Assembly (NCBI RefSeq): GCF_964204645.1
Contig: NC_134031.1
Span: 12,945,807-13,009,806, forward strand
Source: Tubulanus polymorphus
Lineage: Eukaryota > Animalia > Nemertea
Length of the DNA stretch: 64,000 nucleotides
Direction of reading: 5' to 3'
In this document: one piece after another, positions 1-12,718 of the stretch
How the letters are laid out: each line of letters begins with the position of its first letter
Numbering within the stretch: the first letter of the stretch is position 1
Program-made: the position numbers and the translations under genes
Notes under the pieces: generated by a model
Database searches by the model: none
What the model was told of the DNA's origin: nothing
The model's input: the letters and a program-made list of their open reading frames with translations, nothing else

Positions 1-387
1 GCTTTTCGTGTTGCATGATGGGAGAGTAAATTACAGATTCGGATTTAAACTTGAACTGACATTGATGCCAATGCAGATATTATTCTTGTTTCAAATAATT
101 ATTAAGGTTAAAATTGACCAAAATTTATGCGTTTTATCAACAAAAAATAACTTAATTTTAGAGAGACATATTGTATTTTCACATTTTATTAATCTAGTCC
201 GTATTGGAAATCCCGAGTATGGCAATCAACTCAATTCAAATCAATAAATTCTCCGGTTCGCGATTTAAATCATTCTTCTGCTAAAATCAGTTGATGCATT
301 GCAATTAACAGGAGTTAACCTCTAAATGATACTAGAGTCAGACGTTGTAGGGAACCGTAACAACGACTGGTATTCAGACTATCGGAG

Positions 388-1120
388 CACAGGGGCTTGT
401 AAACTGGCTTGGATTTTACTTCCGGGTTGTTGATAATCTCGCGAGAATGGCGCTAAATTTAAACTGCAAATAAATTTAAAATATCACAGAAACACCTCTT
501 GTTGATGTTGTTTATTTATCCACTATAGAGTTCCGATAAACAATTGGCTGTTAAGGATCAGTATCAGCGGGCGCGACACCCTACTATATCAAAATAACAA
601 GGGATGAAACGGCTTCGCTTTTGCCTGTGACCGTATTGATGCGGCGGAAACCACTGCGCATGCGCGGCAACTTCCGAGCGCTAGTGAGCTGTCAATCAAA
701 CTACAAATTATAGTTTTTCTACATCAATTCAAAAATTGATACTTTCCTTAGAAGTGTGATTGCCTTGGCTTGAAAGAGGTTTTTGAGAAAAATCAATTGA
801 ACTTGAACTGATCTTAACCTCTCGGAAAGTTGCTGCGCATGCGCAGTGGTTTCTGCCGCATCAATACAGTCACAGGCTAAAGCGAAGCCGTTTCATCCCT
901 TGTTATTTTAATATAGTATTAGTAAGGCGTCGCGCCCGCTGATACTGATCCTTATTAACAGCCAATTGTTTATCGGAACTCTATAGTGGATAAATAAACA
1001 ACATCAACAAAAGGTATTCCCGTGATATTTTGAATTTATTTGCAGTTTAAATTTAGCGCCATTCTCGCGAGATTATCAACAACCCGGAAACAAATCCAAG
1101 CTAGTTTACAAGCCCCTGTG
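388..1120. mobile_element. Non-autonomous fold-back DNA transposon (MITE), P-element-like
   Basis: ~290-bp inverted arms (CACAGGGGCTTGTAAAC...GTTTACAAGCCCCTGTG); 7-bp direct repeat ATCGGAG at 381-387 and 1121-1127; CANAG termini with a 7-bp TSD fit the P superfamily. Confidence 0.85.
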
Positions 1121-1298
1121 ATCGGAGGAGGGGTCTAAGTACATCTAAAAAAAGTTCAGATTTCTTAAAACATCAAAGGTTCCTAAAGAAAGGTGGGTGA
1201 CTATCGTGAGGTGCCGCCCTCTCCCCACTACTGTTTTGATTGAGTGTGGAGAGGACATAGGCCCCTGTACTATACAGACACTAGAGTTAGACAAGGGA

Positions 1299-1366
1299 AG
1301 GACGTTTGGTTTATGACCGAGGACGTTTTTACTGGAGGACGTTTTGGCGCGAGGACGTTTTGACCG
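1299..1366 (+). repeat. Short tandem AGGACGTTT motif array
   Basis: Four copies of AGGACGTTT(T) spaced about 16-21 bp apart. Confidence 0.7.
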
Positions 1367-1919
1367 TAGGTAATTCCTGTGCACATACCTACACTCCTCC
1401 TCAATCGCTTATTTTATATCGGGTGCCTTCCCTCAATTCCATCCAGATCCAGCCTTGTTGTTGTTGTTGTTGCTGTACTCGCGACTCGTGGTGGTGTCAT
1501 TGTATCGTACACTGTGGTTATAAACCTACATGAAGCTATCACTTTATTCGGATCTACCAGATTCAGGTTACTCATTTCCGGTTCTCCCGTACGTGTCTCA
1601 CTGCCGGCAATACTTAAAATGCAAACTCGTGTCATTACCCTGCTGAAATGGCGAATACTATGATTGTTTCCTGTTGTTGATCTTGATTATCGATCGCTAT
1701 CAGTATCAACCCGATTGACTGCGTAAAACCACATTTTATCAAAATAGCTTAACACAAAAAGAACTTATGAATTATGGATGATCCGGAGGGCCGTTTTTTA
1801 TCATTAACTTGACTACGGATCTAGGTAAAACAAAAGAATTTTATTTTTATCTGTTCCCCGTCGCTCCTTTATTATTCAACATATATATGGAAATAAGAAC
1901 AAATATTTGTAATTTTTTT

Positions 1920-2335
1920 ACTTTGAACATCTTAATTGCGGTCGCGTGTCTCTGACCCATCTTTGATAATAGATTTAGCAAAATCGAATCTGGAAGATGG
2001 GCTTTTTTAACATGTTTCTAGTTTTTGGCGGCATTTGAAGGTTCACGAAGATATCAAAAAATATAAAAAATTCAGAAAACTCTCAGTTCCTGTTTTTTTA
2101 TACATAGACTTTGAACATTTTAATTGCGGTCGCGTGTCTCTGACCCGTCCTTGATAATAGATTCAGCAAAGTAGAATCTGGAATATGGGCTTTTTTAACA
2201 TGTTTCTAGTTTTTGGCGGTATTAGCGAATTAGATCATTTGAAAGATCATACAGATTTCTCTAACATATCAAAAATGCAGAAAACTCTCAGTTCCCGTTT
2301 TTTAATTAATCGAACATCTTTGAATATCTTAATTG
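1920..2335 (+). repeat. ~190-bp tandem duplication
   Basis: ACTTTGAACAT..TAATTGCGGTCGCGTGTCTCTGACCC.. at 1920 and 2108, partial third start near 2319. Confidence 0.85.
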
Positions 2336-2736
2336 ACAACAGGCGCGCGCCTATTCAATTTCATTATATGGATCATGTTACTGACTAATCATATTTGGCC
2401 TATAATCAAACCGACATATAAACTACATTAATTAACGCGTATTGTGTTACGCCTTTTGATCGAGATAATGAGACAAATTTCGATTGAATTTCAAAGGACA
2501 CTTTTGCCTTTTAGGCCATTTTGAATAGGTTACATACCATTGGTAATTTGCTTTAATCTTACATCGCGTATCTCTAGGTGGTCAGTTTCCGAAATGCAAT
2601 CGATTTATCAATACTTTGAATATTATTATTGTCCCTACATTTTTAATAATCATATATCATCCTTATCCACTGATGATTCGGCGTTCCCCAGGATATAAAC
2701 TCTAATGGCTATGTTCTCTATTTTTTCAGACACAGC

Positions 2737-2886
2737 AGTAATAGGGAATAAGTTGTTTCATACCAAAGGTCGAAGGGTCGAGCTCATAAAAAATAAAAAA
2801 TAAATTCTCGCAAACTCGAATTTATTTTTTATTTTTTACTCACTCGCCCCTTCAATTTGATATGAAACAACTTATTCCCTATTACT
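2737..2886. repeat. Left terminal palindrome of element A (150 bp)
   Basis: AGTAATAGGGAATAAGTTGTTTCATA...TATGAAACAACTTATTCCCTATTACT with central loop TCGCAAACTC. Confidence 0.92.
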
Positions 2887-2945
2887 CTTAAAATATTCAT
2901 ATATATGAATAAAATATAAATGAATAACTTCTAAAATCAATTTTA

Positions 2946-5900
2946 TACTACTGTCCAACATGTAATATCAATATAGATAAATCCCAAAAAGCAAGACACA
3001 ATAAAACTAAAACACATTTAGAGAATAAATTGAAATTAGAATATAAAGATGATATATTAGAAACTAAATTAGATGAATTAAAGAATGAAAAAGAAACATA
3101 CAAATGTGATACATGTAATCAATCATTCAGTGATAAAAGATATTATAAAGAACATTTAAAATCTAAAAGTCATATTAGAAATATGATTAATGATATTTTA
3201 GGTGAAGATTATTTTGATAAAGATAATGATAAGAAACAGAAGACAATTAAAAGCATAAAAAATAAATTAAACAATAAAAGACCATACATGGAAGATGTAA
3301 GAAATTATATTAATTCATTAGATAATAAAAAAGATATGGAAATAACCGAAGCATTTAAAAGTGATATTGGTCCAGCAGCTATCGAGTTTAAATTTCATAA
3401 AGGAAAAACATTAGAAGAAAATAAAAAACATTTAGAAAATATGAAAGAAATAATAAAAATGATTACTGATGTTGAATATCGTAAAACTGGTATATCAGTT
3501 AAAGTAAAGTTTATAAAATCTGAAGATAAACCAATATATAATATAAATTCTCATTCACAACATATTATATCTAAACAACATATAGATGATAAATTAGATA
3601 AATGTTATAATGAAGTAAAAACTAAAATAGAAGAAAAATATTTTGAAGGATCTGGTTTAATATTTGATGAAATAATATTTATGACTTTACATGTTTATAA
3701 CACAAAATATAATAAGTTAACTAAATCAAAACCAATTGATGAAAATAATGTATCATATTATAAAGAACCAGATATTGAAGCATCGAGTTATATTAAACTA
3801 CCATTTAAAACTAATGCTGTTATAAATGTACAAAATGAAGATGATAAATGTTTTCTATGGGCTATAATAAGTTGTTTACATCCAACAGAAGATATTACAC
3901 ATAGTTTTAGATTAATTCATTACAAACCATTTGAAAATAATTATAAGATAGATAAGTATCCTGTTATAATTAAAAACATCCCAAAGATAGAAAGAGATAA
4001 TAATATAAAGATAAATGTATTTGATTTAATCAAATTGCCAAATACAAAAGGTAACAATATAAAACATTATACATTAGAACCTTTATACCTATCAAAAGAT
4101 TATGATTCAAACGATGTTATAGATATATTATATTATGAGAATCATTATATGTGGATTAAACAAATAGATTTATTTTTCAAATCAGAAAATGATTTTGATA
4201 ATAAAATATACCTATGTAGAAAATGTTTACATAAATTCAGAACTGAAAGTGCATTATTAAATCATAAACAATTATGTGAAAATCATGATTATTGTAAATA
4301 AGTTTTACCAAATGAAAAGGATAAAATATTAGAATTCAAAAAATATGATACAAAAAATAAAGTTCCATTTGTTATATATGGAGATTTTGAATCATTAAAT
4401 AAAGAATTAACTGATCAAGATAGAAAAGAAATATATTATAAAAGAAAGAAATTAAATTCTAATGAAAATGATTTTTCAGATGAACCACCAAAAACAAATA
4501 CTATTAAAAAGATTCATCAATCAGCTGCAGCTTTCGGGTTATATATAAAATCTGATTATCCAGAACTAATTGAAAGTGAATATTATAATTACAGAAATGA
4601 AAATGTTATCAATCATTTTTGTGACTTATTAATTAAATATGAAATAAGATTTAATGAAAAGTTAAATAAGAATATAGAAATCATAATGACAGAAGAAGAT
4701 AAAGAAGCATTTGAGTTTGCAGATAAATGTTATTATTGTGAAAAGATATTTAATTTTAGAGATAAAAAAGTAAGAGACCATGATCATTTGAATGGAAAGT
4801 TTAGAGGCGCTGCACATGAGAATTGTAACTTACAAGCTAAGAAAATTAACTTTGTACCAGTTATATTTCATAATCTATCAGGATATGATGCACATTTATT
4901 CATCAAACAGTTATGCCATAAAATAGAAGAAATAAATAATGAAATAGAAAGATTAAATTCAAATAGATCAAAAGATAAAGTACCAACTTATAAATTTAGA
5001 ATGTTAGCTAAAACATCTGAGAATTATATATCATTCCAATTTGGTTGCCTAAGATTTATAGATTCATATAGATTTTTAAATAGTTCATTAGATAACTTAT
5101 CACAATCATTAGTTGATGATGAATTAAAGATATTAAAAGAATATTACCCAAATAATGATGATTTTCAATTAATGAGATATAAAGGCGCAATTCCATATTC
5201 TTTCTATAAAAATCATAATGATTTTAACATAACTGAATTATTGAAAGAACAATTCTATGATGAATTAAAAAATGAATATGTCAAAGATGAAGTATATAAT
5301 AGAACATTGAATATTTGGAATCATTTTGGAATGAAAAATCATGGGCAATTAGTAGATATATATTTAAAATCAGATGTATTATTATTAACCGATATATTCG
5401 AAAGGTTTAGAGATGTAAACCTAAAATATTTTAACATTGATCCTTGTCATTGTTATTCATCACCAGGTTTAACATGGGATTGTGGATTAAAATTTACAGA
5501 TATAAAAATGGATTTGTTAACAAATATAGATCAATTACTATTGTTTGAAAAGTCTATAAGAGGAGGAGTTTCAGGTGTATTAGGGGATAGATATTTCAAT
5601 GTAAATGATAACCCCGGATATAAGTTATTGTATATAGATGCAAATAACCTATATGGTTGGGCAATGATGGAACCACAACCTTATGGAGTATTTGAATTAA
5701 CTGAAGTTTTACAGATTGAAAATAATGATAAATTTGATTGGAAGAAAAGAATTCTAGATATTGCAGATGATTCAGATACTGGTTACTTCTTTGTTGTAGA
5801 CTTGGAATATCCTGAACATATTAAATTTAAATCTAGAAATCTAGCTTACTGTCCAGAACATAAAACCGTAACTCATGAAGAATTATCAAATTACCAAAAA

Positions 5901-6970
5901 AGAATTAAACCCGAAAATCATATTCATACAGAAAAGTTAATGGTAACTCAAGAAGATAAATATAATTATGTAGTACATTATAGAATGTTGAAGTTTTATT
6001 TGAATCAAGGAATGGTTCTAAAAAAAGTACATAGATATATTTCATTTAGTCAATCTAAGTGGTTAGAAAAATATATAGATTTTAACACCAAACAGAGAAC
6101 TGAAGCTAAACTGATTTTGAGAAAGATTTCTTCAAACTAATGATTAATGCATTCTATGGTAAGACTTGTGAAAATATTAGAAATAGAAATGATATTGAGT
6201 TAGTTAGTAATGGTAAAAGGATAAGGCATTTACAATCATATCCTAAGTTCATTGGTAACAGAATATTTGATGAAAATTTAGCTGCAGTTAAGATGAGAAG
6301 AACATCAATGAAATTTAATAAACCAATCTATGTTGGAGCATCAGTTTTAGAATTATCAAAATTACTAATGTATGAATTCTATTATAATGTATTACAACCA
6401 CTTTTTGGAGAAAAACATATAGAAATATTATATTTTGATACTGACAGTTACATATTAAAGATAAAAACCAATAACATAACAGATGATTTCAAAACATTAA
6501 AACATCATTTTGATTTTAGTAATTATCCTAAAAATCATGAATTGTTTAGCAATGATAATAAAAAAGTTCCAGGGATGTTTAAGGATGAATTAGGTGGCGA
6601 AGAAATGATTAAATTCATTGGTATTAGATCTAAAATGTATTCATATAAAACTAAAGAACATGAAGCTAAAAAGTTAAAACGAATAACCAAAAATGTAGTA
6701 GAAAAGAATATTCATTTCAAAGATTACATCAATTGTATATTCAATGAAGAAGTTAGAAAACATAAGATGAGATGTTTAAGATCTGAAGATCATGAAATGT
6801 TTATTGAAGAAATTGAAAAGATAAGTCTAAACCCATTTGATGATAAAAGATATATTTTAGATGATGGAATTCATACAGTTACTTATGGTTGTAATTTAGA
6901 TGAATACTTAAAATTTAAAAGAGAAGAAACAAAAGAGAACGAGATAATGAAAAGAATTCTAACGTGTTAA
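2946..6970 (+). pseudogene. polB: Protein-primed family B DNA polymerase (A), disrupted
   Basis: ORFs 3030-4301, 4686-6140, 6140-6970; N-terminal C2H2 fingers, OTU-like CFLWAI..HY, exonuclease YGDFES and FHNLSGYD, EndoVII-like CYYC..DHDH..HENCN, YIDANNLYG, NAFYGK, YFDTDS; start codon deleted relative to B, two frameshifts. Confidence 0.93.
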
Positions 6971-7000
6971 TCAATTTTTTAATAAAAATATGTATTATAA

Positions 7001-7354
7001 ATGGAGAGTAAACAAGCAAACAGTGAGAACAACAATTTATTTCTAGATAGAATAAAAGATACTACAAATGTAAAATCTGTAGATTATAAATTCAAAAAGT
7101 TAACAGAATTAACAATCCATAAGAAATATCTAATTACAAATATTGATACAGTTACTAATAACTATGGAGATAAATTAGCTATACACTTAGAATATGAAGG
7201 ATTAAGAGGAAATACATATAAATTCAGAACATATTTACTAGATAGATTTCATAGATTATCAAGTGAAGACTTAGAAGAATTATGTTCTAGAGATTTCTAT
7301 TTCGTATACAAAGGTAAGAATGAAAAAGGGCACCATGAAATAGATTTCGAATAA
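7001..7354 (+). CDS. Conserved 117-aa protein, possibly OB-fold/ssDNA-binding
   Basis: Intact ORF with TAAATG start; homologues at 29279 and 59709; fold is a guess. Confidence 0.6.
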   Translation: MESKQANSENNNLFLDRIKDTTNVKSVDYKFKKLTELTIHKKYLITNIDTVTNNYGDKLAIHLEYEGLRGNTYKFRTYLLDRFHRLSSEDLEELCSRDFYFVYKGKNEKGHHEIDFE

Positions 7355-7368
7355 AATATGTAAAATAA

Positions 7369-8132
7369 ATGGTAGAATTGAAAAAATACAGAATATTTGT
7401 TGATTCTAGAAGGCTTACAAATTATAAATCTCATAATTTACTAGTACAATTAGATAGAGAATTCAAGAATTGTGTTGATTTAAAATTAGTTAATATGAGT
7501 TTATGTAATTCTTTTTATAATATATCGGATAAAACTTTTGAACATAGAGGGTTTATGATTTATATGAGAAATAAAGATAAATGGTTTCATATATTTTTAA
7601 AACCAAGATTATATAATTTAGAACCATTAGCGCAGGAAATTAATAGAAGAGCTCGGTTGAAAATCGGGGGCACTTCTGTATTTGAAATCAAATTTAATAA
7701 AATTGATAGTACTAATAAAATTAGAATAAAGATATCTAATGAACAACATAAATTTATGGTAAACAAACCACTGGCTAAAATGTTAGGAATTAAACCGCTT
7801 ACAGTTACTGGAAACGCAGAAGGCAGCTCAAATATAATACCTTTTACACACTTTTATATTTATTGCAATTTAATCGAGCCTACAAAAACTTTCGAAGCAA
7901 CTAAAGAAACAATTTGTAGTTCTAGTATACTAAATATTTTACCGCTAAAAAATGTTAAACAATTTGGAACTCAAATAAATCATAATTTAACTGAATGTGA
8001 TTTCAAACCATGCTAAATGCCATTCCTAAATTTAATAATTTTAAATTAGAAATAACAAATCATAATGGTTATTTAATTGATTTGAATAACTTTCCTGTGA
8101 TATATGAATTAGTTATAAGATGTAGAGAGTAA
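7369..8132 (+). pseudogene. Minor capsid protein (penton), frameshifted near 3' end
   Basis: YIYCNLIEP..LNILPL motif; homologous to intact 49063-49821; small insertion near 8014. Confidence 0.75.
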
Positions 8133-8148
8133 TTTTTTCATTATATAA

Positions 8149-8505
8149 ATGAATATAACTGTTGGACCGAGTATATGTTTTGGGTTTGATTTTAAACATG
8201 AGAAAGAAATGAAATTTAACGTTAATGATGTAATTATACATATCAAAAATATTACATTTTCTAATGAAACAACATTTGAGTATGAAACAACAATAGATAA
8301 AGAAACTTTAAATGTAGAAAAGATTACTAATTTAATTAGAGAATCTTTAAGATTTTATGAATTAGATGAAGATTTTATCATCGATGATATTGAAAAAATA
8401 ATAATTGAAATATATACAAATGAAACTAGTAATGAAATAAATGTTGAATTAATCATCAATAGGATAACTAAATATTTTGATGATAGTAATTTTTTTGATA
8501 AATAA
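8149..8505 (+). CDS. Hypothetical acidic protein
   Basis: Intact ORF, TAAATG start, near-identical to 49838-50197. Confidence 0.75.
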   Translation: MNITVGPSICFGFDFKHEKEMKFNVNDVIIHIKNITFSNETTFEYETTIDKETLNVEKITNLIRESLRFYELDEDFIIDDIEKIIIEIYTNETSNEINVELIINRITKYFDDSNFFDK

Positions 8506-8727
8506 ATGAGTGATAATAAGTGGATAATAACTGGATTATATAATGGAGCATTACTATCAGTTGGAACTGTTGGTTATTCAATGGTATTAAAAAAAGTATT
8601 CAAAATTGGAAGTGTTAATGTTGATAGATTTGATATAAATGATATCTTAAAATTAACATTAGCAGTAACTTTATCTAATTTAACTATTGATTATTTGGAA
8701 AAACAAAAATATATTCCTCCCATATAA
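8506..8727 (+). CDS. Small hydrophobic protein (73 aa)
   Basis: Almost invariant in all three elements; hydrophobic helices. Confidence 0.8.
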   Translation: MSDNKWIITGLYNGALLSVGTVGYSMVLKKVFKIGSVNVDRFDINDILKLTLAVTLSNLTIDYLEKQKYIPPI

Positions 8728-8751
8728 ATACATAATTATTTTACTAAATAA

Positions 8752-9174
8752 ATGGCTTCTGCAGTTATAACTATTATAGGATCAGCAATTGTTAACGCTT
8801 TAGCATTTACTGGTGGTGGATATTTATTTAAGCATATTGATAAAAATGGATCGTTAACAGAACAAAAAAGACATAACTTAGCATTAGAAAAATACAATAA
8901 AGCAGCAGAAGAATACAGAGAAAAACGACAAAACTATATGGATTATATTAACAAAGAATTATATGATCAGAAGATTTCACATAGAGATTTTCAATCAGTT
9001 GAGGATGCAATGAGTTTATATAACGCGGTAACCAATAAAGAAAAATTACATCTATACAAACCTAAATTATCAGATTATTATACCCCAAGTAAAGAACAAC
9101 AGAAATATGAAATAATTTGGATTTTAGGCGGAACTGTTATTGTTATATTTGTTGCTTATAAGTTTACTAATTAG
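8752..9174 (+). CDS. Putative membrane protein (140 aa)
   Basis: N-terminal hydrophobic helix, EQKRHNLALE coiled coil, C-terminal TM; conserved in all three. Confidence 0.8.
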   Translation: MASAVITIIGSAIVNALAFTGGGYLFKHIDKNGSLTEQKRHNLALEKYNKAAEEYREKRQNYMDYINKELYDQKISHRDFQSVEDAMSLYNAVTNKEKLHLYKPKLSDYYTPSKEQQKYEIIWILGGTVIVIFVAYKFTN

Positions 9175-9194
9175 TAATTTTTTTTGCCAAATAA

Positions 9195-9629
9195 ATGGAA
9201 GATAAAGTTGATAATATTGATATTATTCCTCATGATATAAATAAAACTAAATTAAAAACATATTTAGAAAAACAAATATTAGAATTTGAAAGTGACTTAA
9301 AGATAAAAAAGAAAATATATTTAAAAAGTAAAATTATATATTATCTTATTATCAGTGGTTCGGTTACAATTAGTTCTGTAATAACATTTCTAGCAATATT
9401 CAGTCCATTAACACCTTTAGCTATTTCAATTGGCGTATTAGGATTAAGTTCAAGTGTTTTAACTGGTATAAGTTCAAAATTAAATATAAAAAGTAATAAA
9501 GAAAAAATTAAAACTAATATAAAAGAGATTAATAAATTAAAGAATACACTAGATTATATAATAAGTGTAAATGGTCATATAACAGTTGAAGAACAAGATA
9601 AATTATTAAAAGAATTAATAAGTTATTAA
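9195..9629 (+). CDS. Two-TM membrane protein (144 aa)
   Basis: Central hydrophobic hairpin flanked by Lys-rich helices; conserved in all three. Confidence 0.8.
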   Translation: MEDKVDNIDIIPHDINKTKLKTYLEKQILEFESDLKIKKKIYLKSKIIYYLIISGSVTISSVITFLAIFSPLTPLAISIGVLGLSSSVLTGISSKLNIKSNKEKIKTNIKEINKLKNTLDYIISVNGHITVEEQDKLLKELISY

Positions 9630-9645
9630 TTTTTTAATTATATAA

Positions 9646-11005
9646 ATGGTAGATAATTTTTCCAAAAGCTTTCCAATATAATAAATCAATTAAATATAAT
9701 ATTCGAGCAATAGATTTTAATAAAGATATTACATATAGAAATGAAGTTTTAGATTCATTAACTAATTTAGAAATTTATGTTACTGAAACTAATAATTTTA
9801 ATGCAAAGATGGAAAATATATTTCATGTATATTTAATTAATTTTAAAAAATTGAAAGATGAAAAACAATGGTTATTAAAATCTAATATGAAGTATTGGCA
9901 GAAGCAATTAAATTTTGCTGTTTATTGTGCAACAACAGGTTGTGGAATTAGTTGGAATGATCATTTGAATAATTCTAAATATAAATTAATTCAAAGTTTA
10001 TTTAGATTTCATACATACTTTCAAATCAGAATAATATTAAATGAATTAGAGTGTGCTTTACCAGGATCTAGGTATTTTAAAGAATAAGATAATAATATTA
10101 ATTTATCAAAGTTTTATAAAATTTGTAATGAATTTAATATAGATATAAATAATTCTGATTTTAGAACAAAAATTGGAACAATAAGATCACTTCCTTGCCC
10201 TAAAAAGATTGCAGAATATTGTGCACTTCCCATACCATCTAATAGTTTTTATAATATCTATAATAATAAATTAGGTTATGGTAAAATAGAAACAAAGGAT
10301 TTAGAAACATTAAATTTCAATAAATTACCGACATTTTATGATAATTTAAAACAAGAAAACAATAATGGTTGGGTTTATTTCATTTTAGAAAATAATGAAG
10401 GTTTTACAAAATCAGGTATACAAAGAATAAATCAATCTATTAGAACTTATTTGATATGTATTTTAGGTGCGCAAGTTGAAACAAGATCCCCAATAATTGG
10501 AAATTTAAATACATCATTTGATACGTAGAAACAATTTAAAGTATTATTTGAAGATTCCATTCATAATGATAAAAATAGATCGATTCCGGAAAACATTGTA
10601 AGATATCAAAATTATTTAGATAAATCTCATGTAAGACTAAATTATTGCATAGGCCCTAATCTATTAATTATTTCTAATGATTTAGTATTAAAGATGGGAA
10701 ACATAATTGGTTACAATAATCTAATTAAAACTGCAACAATAAATAATTCATTTGGATTAAATGATATAAATAAAAAGATAATTACTGCTCCAAAACTAAT
10801 GGAAGGTGAAAAAAATAAAAAACATATTCAATCAACAGAAACTAGAACTAAGAATATTAAATCAAATAATGATTCTAAAATAAAAGATTACAATACATCA
10901 GAAGATATAAAAACTGATTATATTCAACATGATATAATTAAACTAAATGATGATAATAAATCCCATGAAAATACTAAATTAGCTATAACTTGTATAGGAA
11001 TTTTA
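9646..11005 (+). pseudogene. Conserved ~450-aa protein with C-terminal TM, disrupted
   Basis: QLNFAVYCATTGCG and FRFHTYFQ motifs; fragments 9809-10087 and 10694 onward; homologues at 31905 and 51339. Confidence 0.75.
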
Positions 11006-11022
11006 ATTTTTTTATTATGTAA

Positions 11023-12698
11023 ATGGATGTAGAACGTGGAGAAGATATTGGAATGGATACTTTTGATGAACCCGGCATAACTGAAGAACAACCACCTGAT
11101 TTTAGTGAAACAAGTTTTAATGATGATAATGAGCCAGAATATAATACTAATTTAGGTGAAGATGATGATTATGATTATGAAACGCGTAAAGAATTTAAAG
11201 AATATATGACAGCTACCGAAAGGTTAGTTATTAGAACCGCAACATCTAGAAAGGATTTAATGGGAAGATTAGTAAATACAACTGATCCTCTTATGAAATC
11301 TCAATTAAAATTAATGAAAAATAGAGTAATATATACAATTGTTAACGTATTATTACCAAAAGATGTAATAGATGAAATTGGTTCAGAAGGTGTTGTAGAA
11401 CAAATTTTAAAAGATGACCCATTTTTCATGAATAATTTAGAATTTAAAAATGATGCATGGTATTATAATGTTGAATTAAATAACAAAAATGTATCAATTC
11501 AATTATCTAGAATGGGTCAAGAAAATATTTTTAACCTGGAATGCGATCAAGATCTACAATTGAAGGTTCAAAAGGCGGTAGAGAATTTCTCAGAATCATA
11601 TGGAATGCAATCGATAGAATAAATAAAGAAAAACCAATTCCTAAAATTGATTATAAAAAATATTCACCATTTAAAAATCCAAATCCAAATCCTACTGATT
11701 TTGATCCAGAAATGGAAGAGAATAGAGATCGATTAGATAGATTAAGATCTTCAACACCAGAAACATCGAGAAGAGACACTCAACCAATTGATAATGATTC
11801 AAGTCAATTACTAGAAAGAACTCATTTAGATAGAGCGATAGAAACAGTAAATTACTTAGAAAAACAGATAAATAGTACTTTAGATACATCTCGTACTGGA
11901 ACAAATCAAATGCAACTTTTATCAGAAAAAGGATTTCTTAAATTAACTGATGAAGAATTAGAAACATTTCCAGAACAAGCACGTAGAGAAATTAAAGGTA
12001 TTCAAGAATCAGCTGATGTAAATGCTAATATTAATATGAGATTTTCTAAAATAACCATGTTAGAAAAAGAATTAGCTATTGCAAATGAAAAATTAGAACA
12101 ATTAGAATTAAATAGAGATCTCCAAGCTGATTATGAAAGCAGAAAGTTAGCTTTAGAAAAAGAAATAGATGATTTAAAATATAACAAAGAATTACAGGAA
12201 AAAGAAAGAGATACATTATTAAAATCATATGATCTTAATCATATTAAAAAATTAAAAGTTATTTTTAAAGATTTGTTGATAAAACCAAATTCTAAAATAT
12301 CATTAAAAGATAGAATAAAATCATTATTTAAACTAGAAGGAATAACAATTCTTTCAATTCTAACAGCTGTAACTATGTTATTTACAACAATAGGTTTAGC
12401 AATATCAAATGCTTTAAAATCTACTCCTACTCCCAATAAACCGGATAAACCCCCGAATGATAATAATTCTATACAAGATAAAGTTAAAGATGGTTTAAAG
12501 AAATTAGCAAAATATTTATGGGAACTATCTAAAAAATCTGCTGCAGCTTTACCAGGAATTATTGCATCAATTGTGGGTTTTATATTGAAATCTGCAGGAA
12601 ACATTATTAACTTTGCTGCTGAACATATTATTTTATTTTTAATTACAGTTGTAAGTGCTATTATTTTTGGGTTAATAAACATGATTAAAAATAAATAA
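11023..12698 (+). pseudogene. Acidic N-terminus/coiled-coil/C-terminal TM protein, one frameshift
   Basis: Overlapping ORFs 11023-11622 and 11541-12698 correspond to single ORF 52724-54157. Confidence 0.75.
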
Positions 12699-12718
12699 TT
12701 AATTTTTTTGTTAAATAA

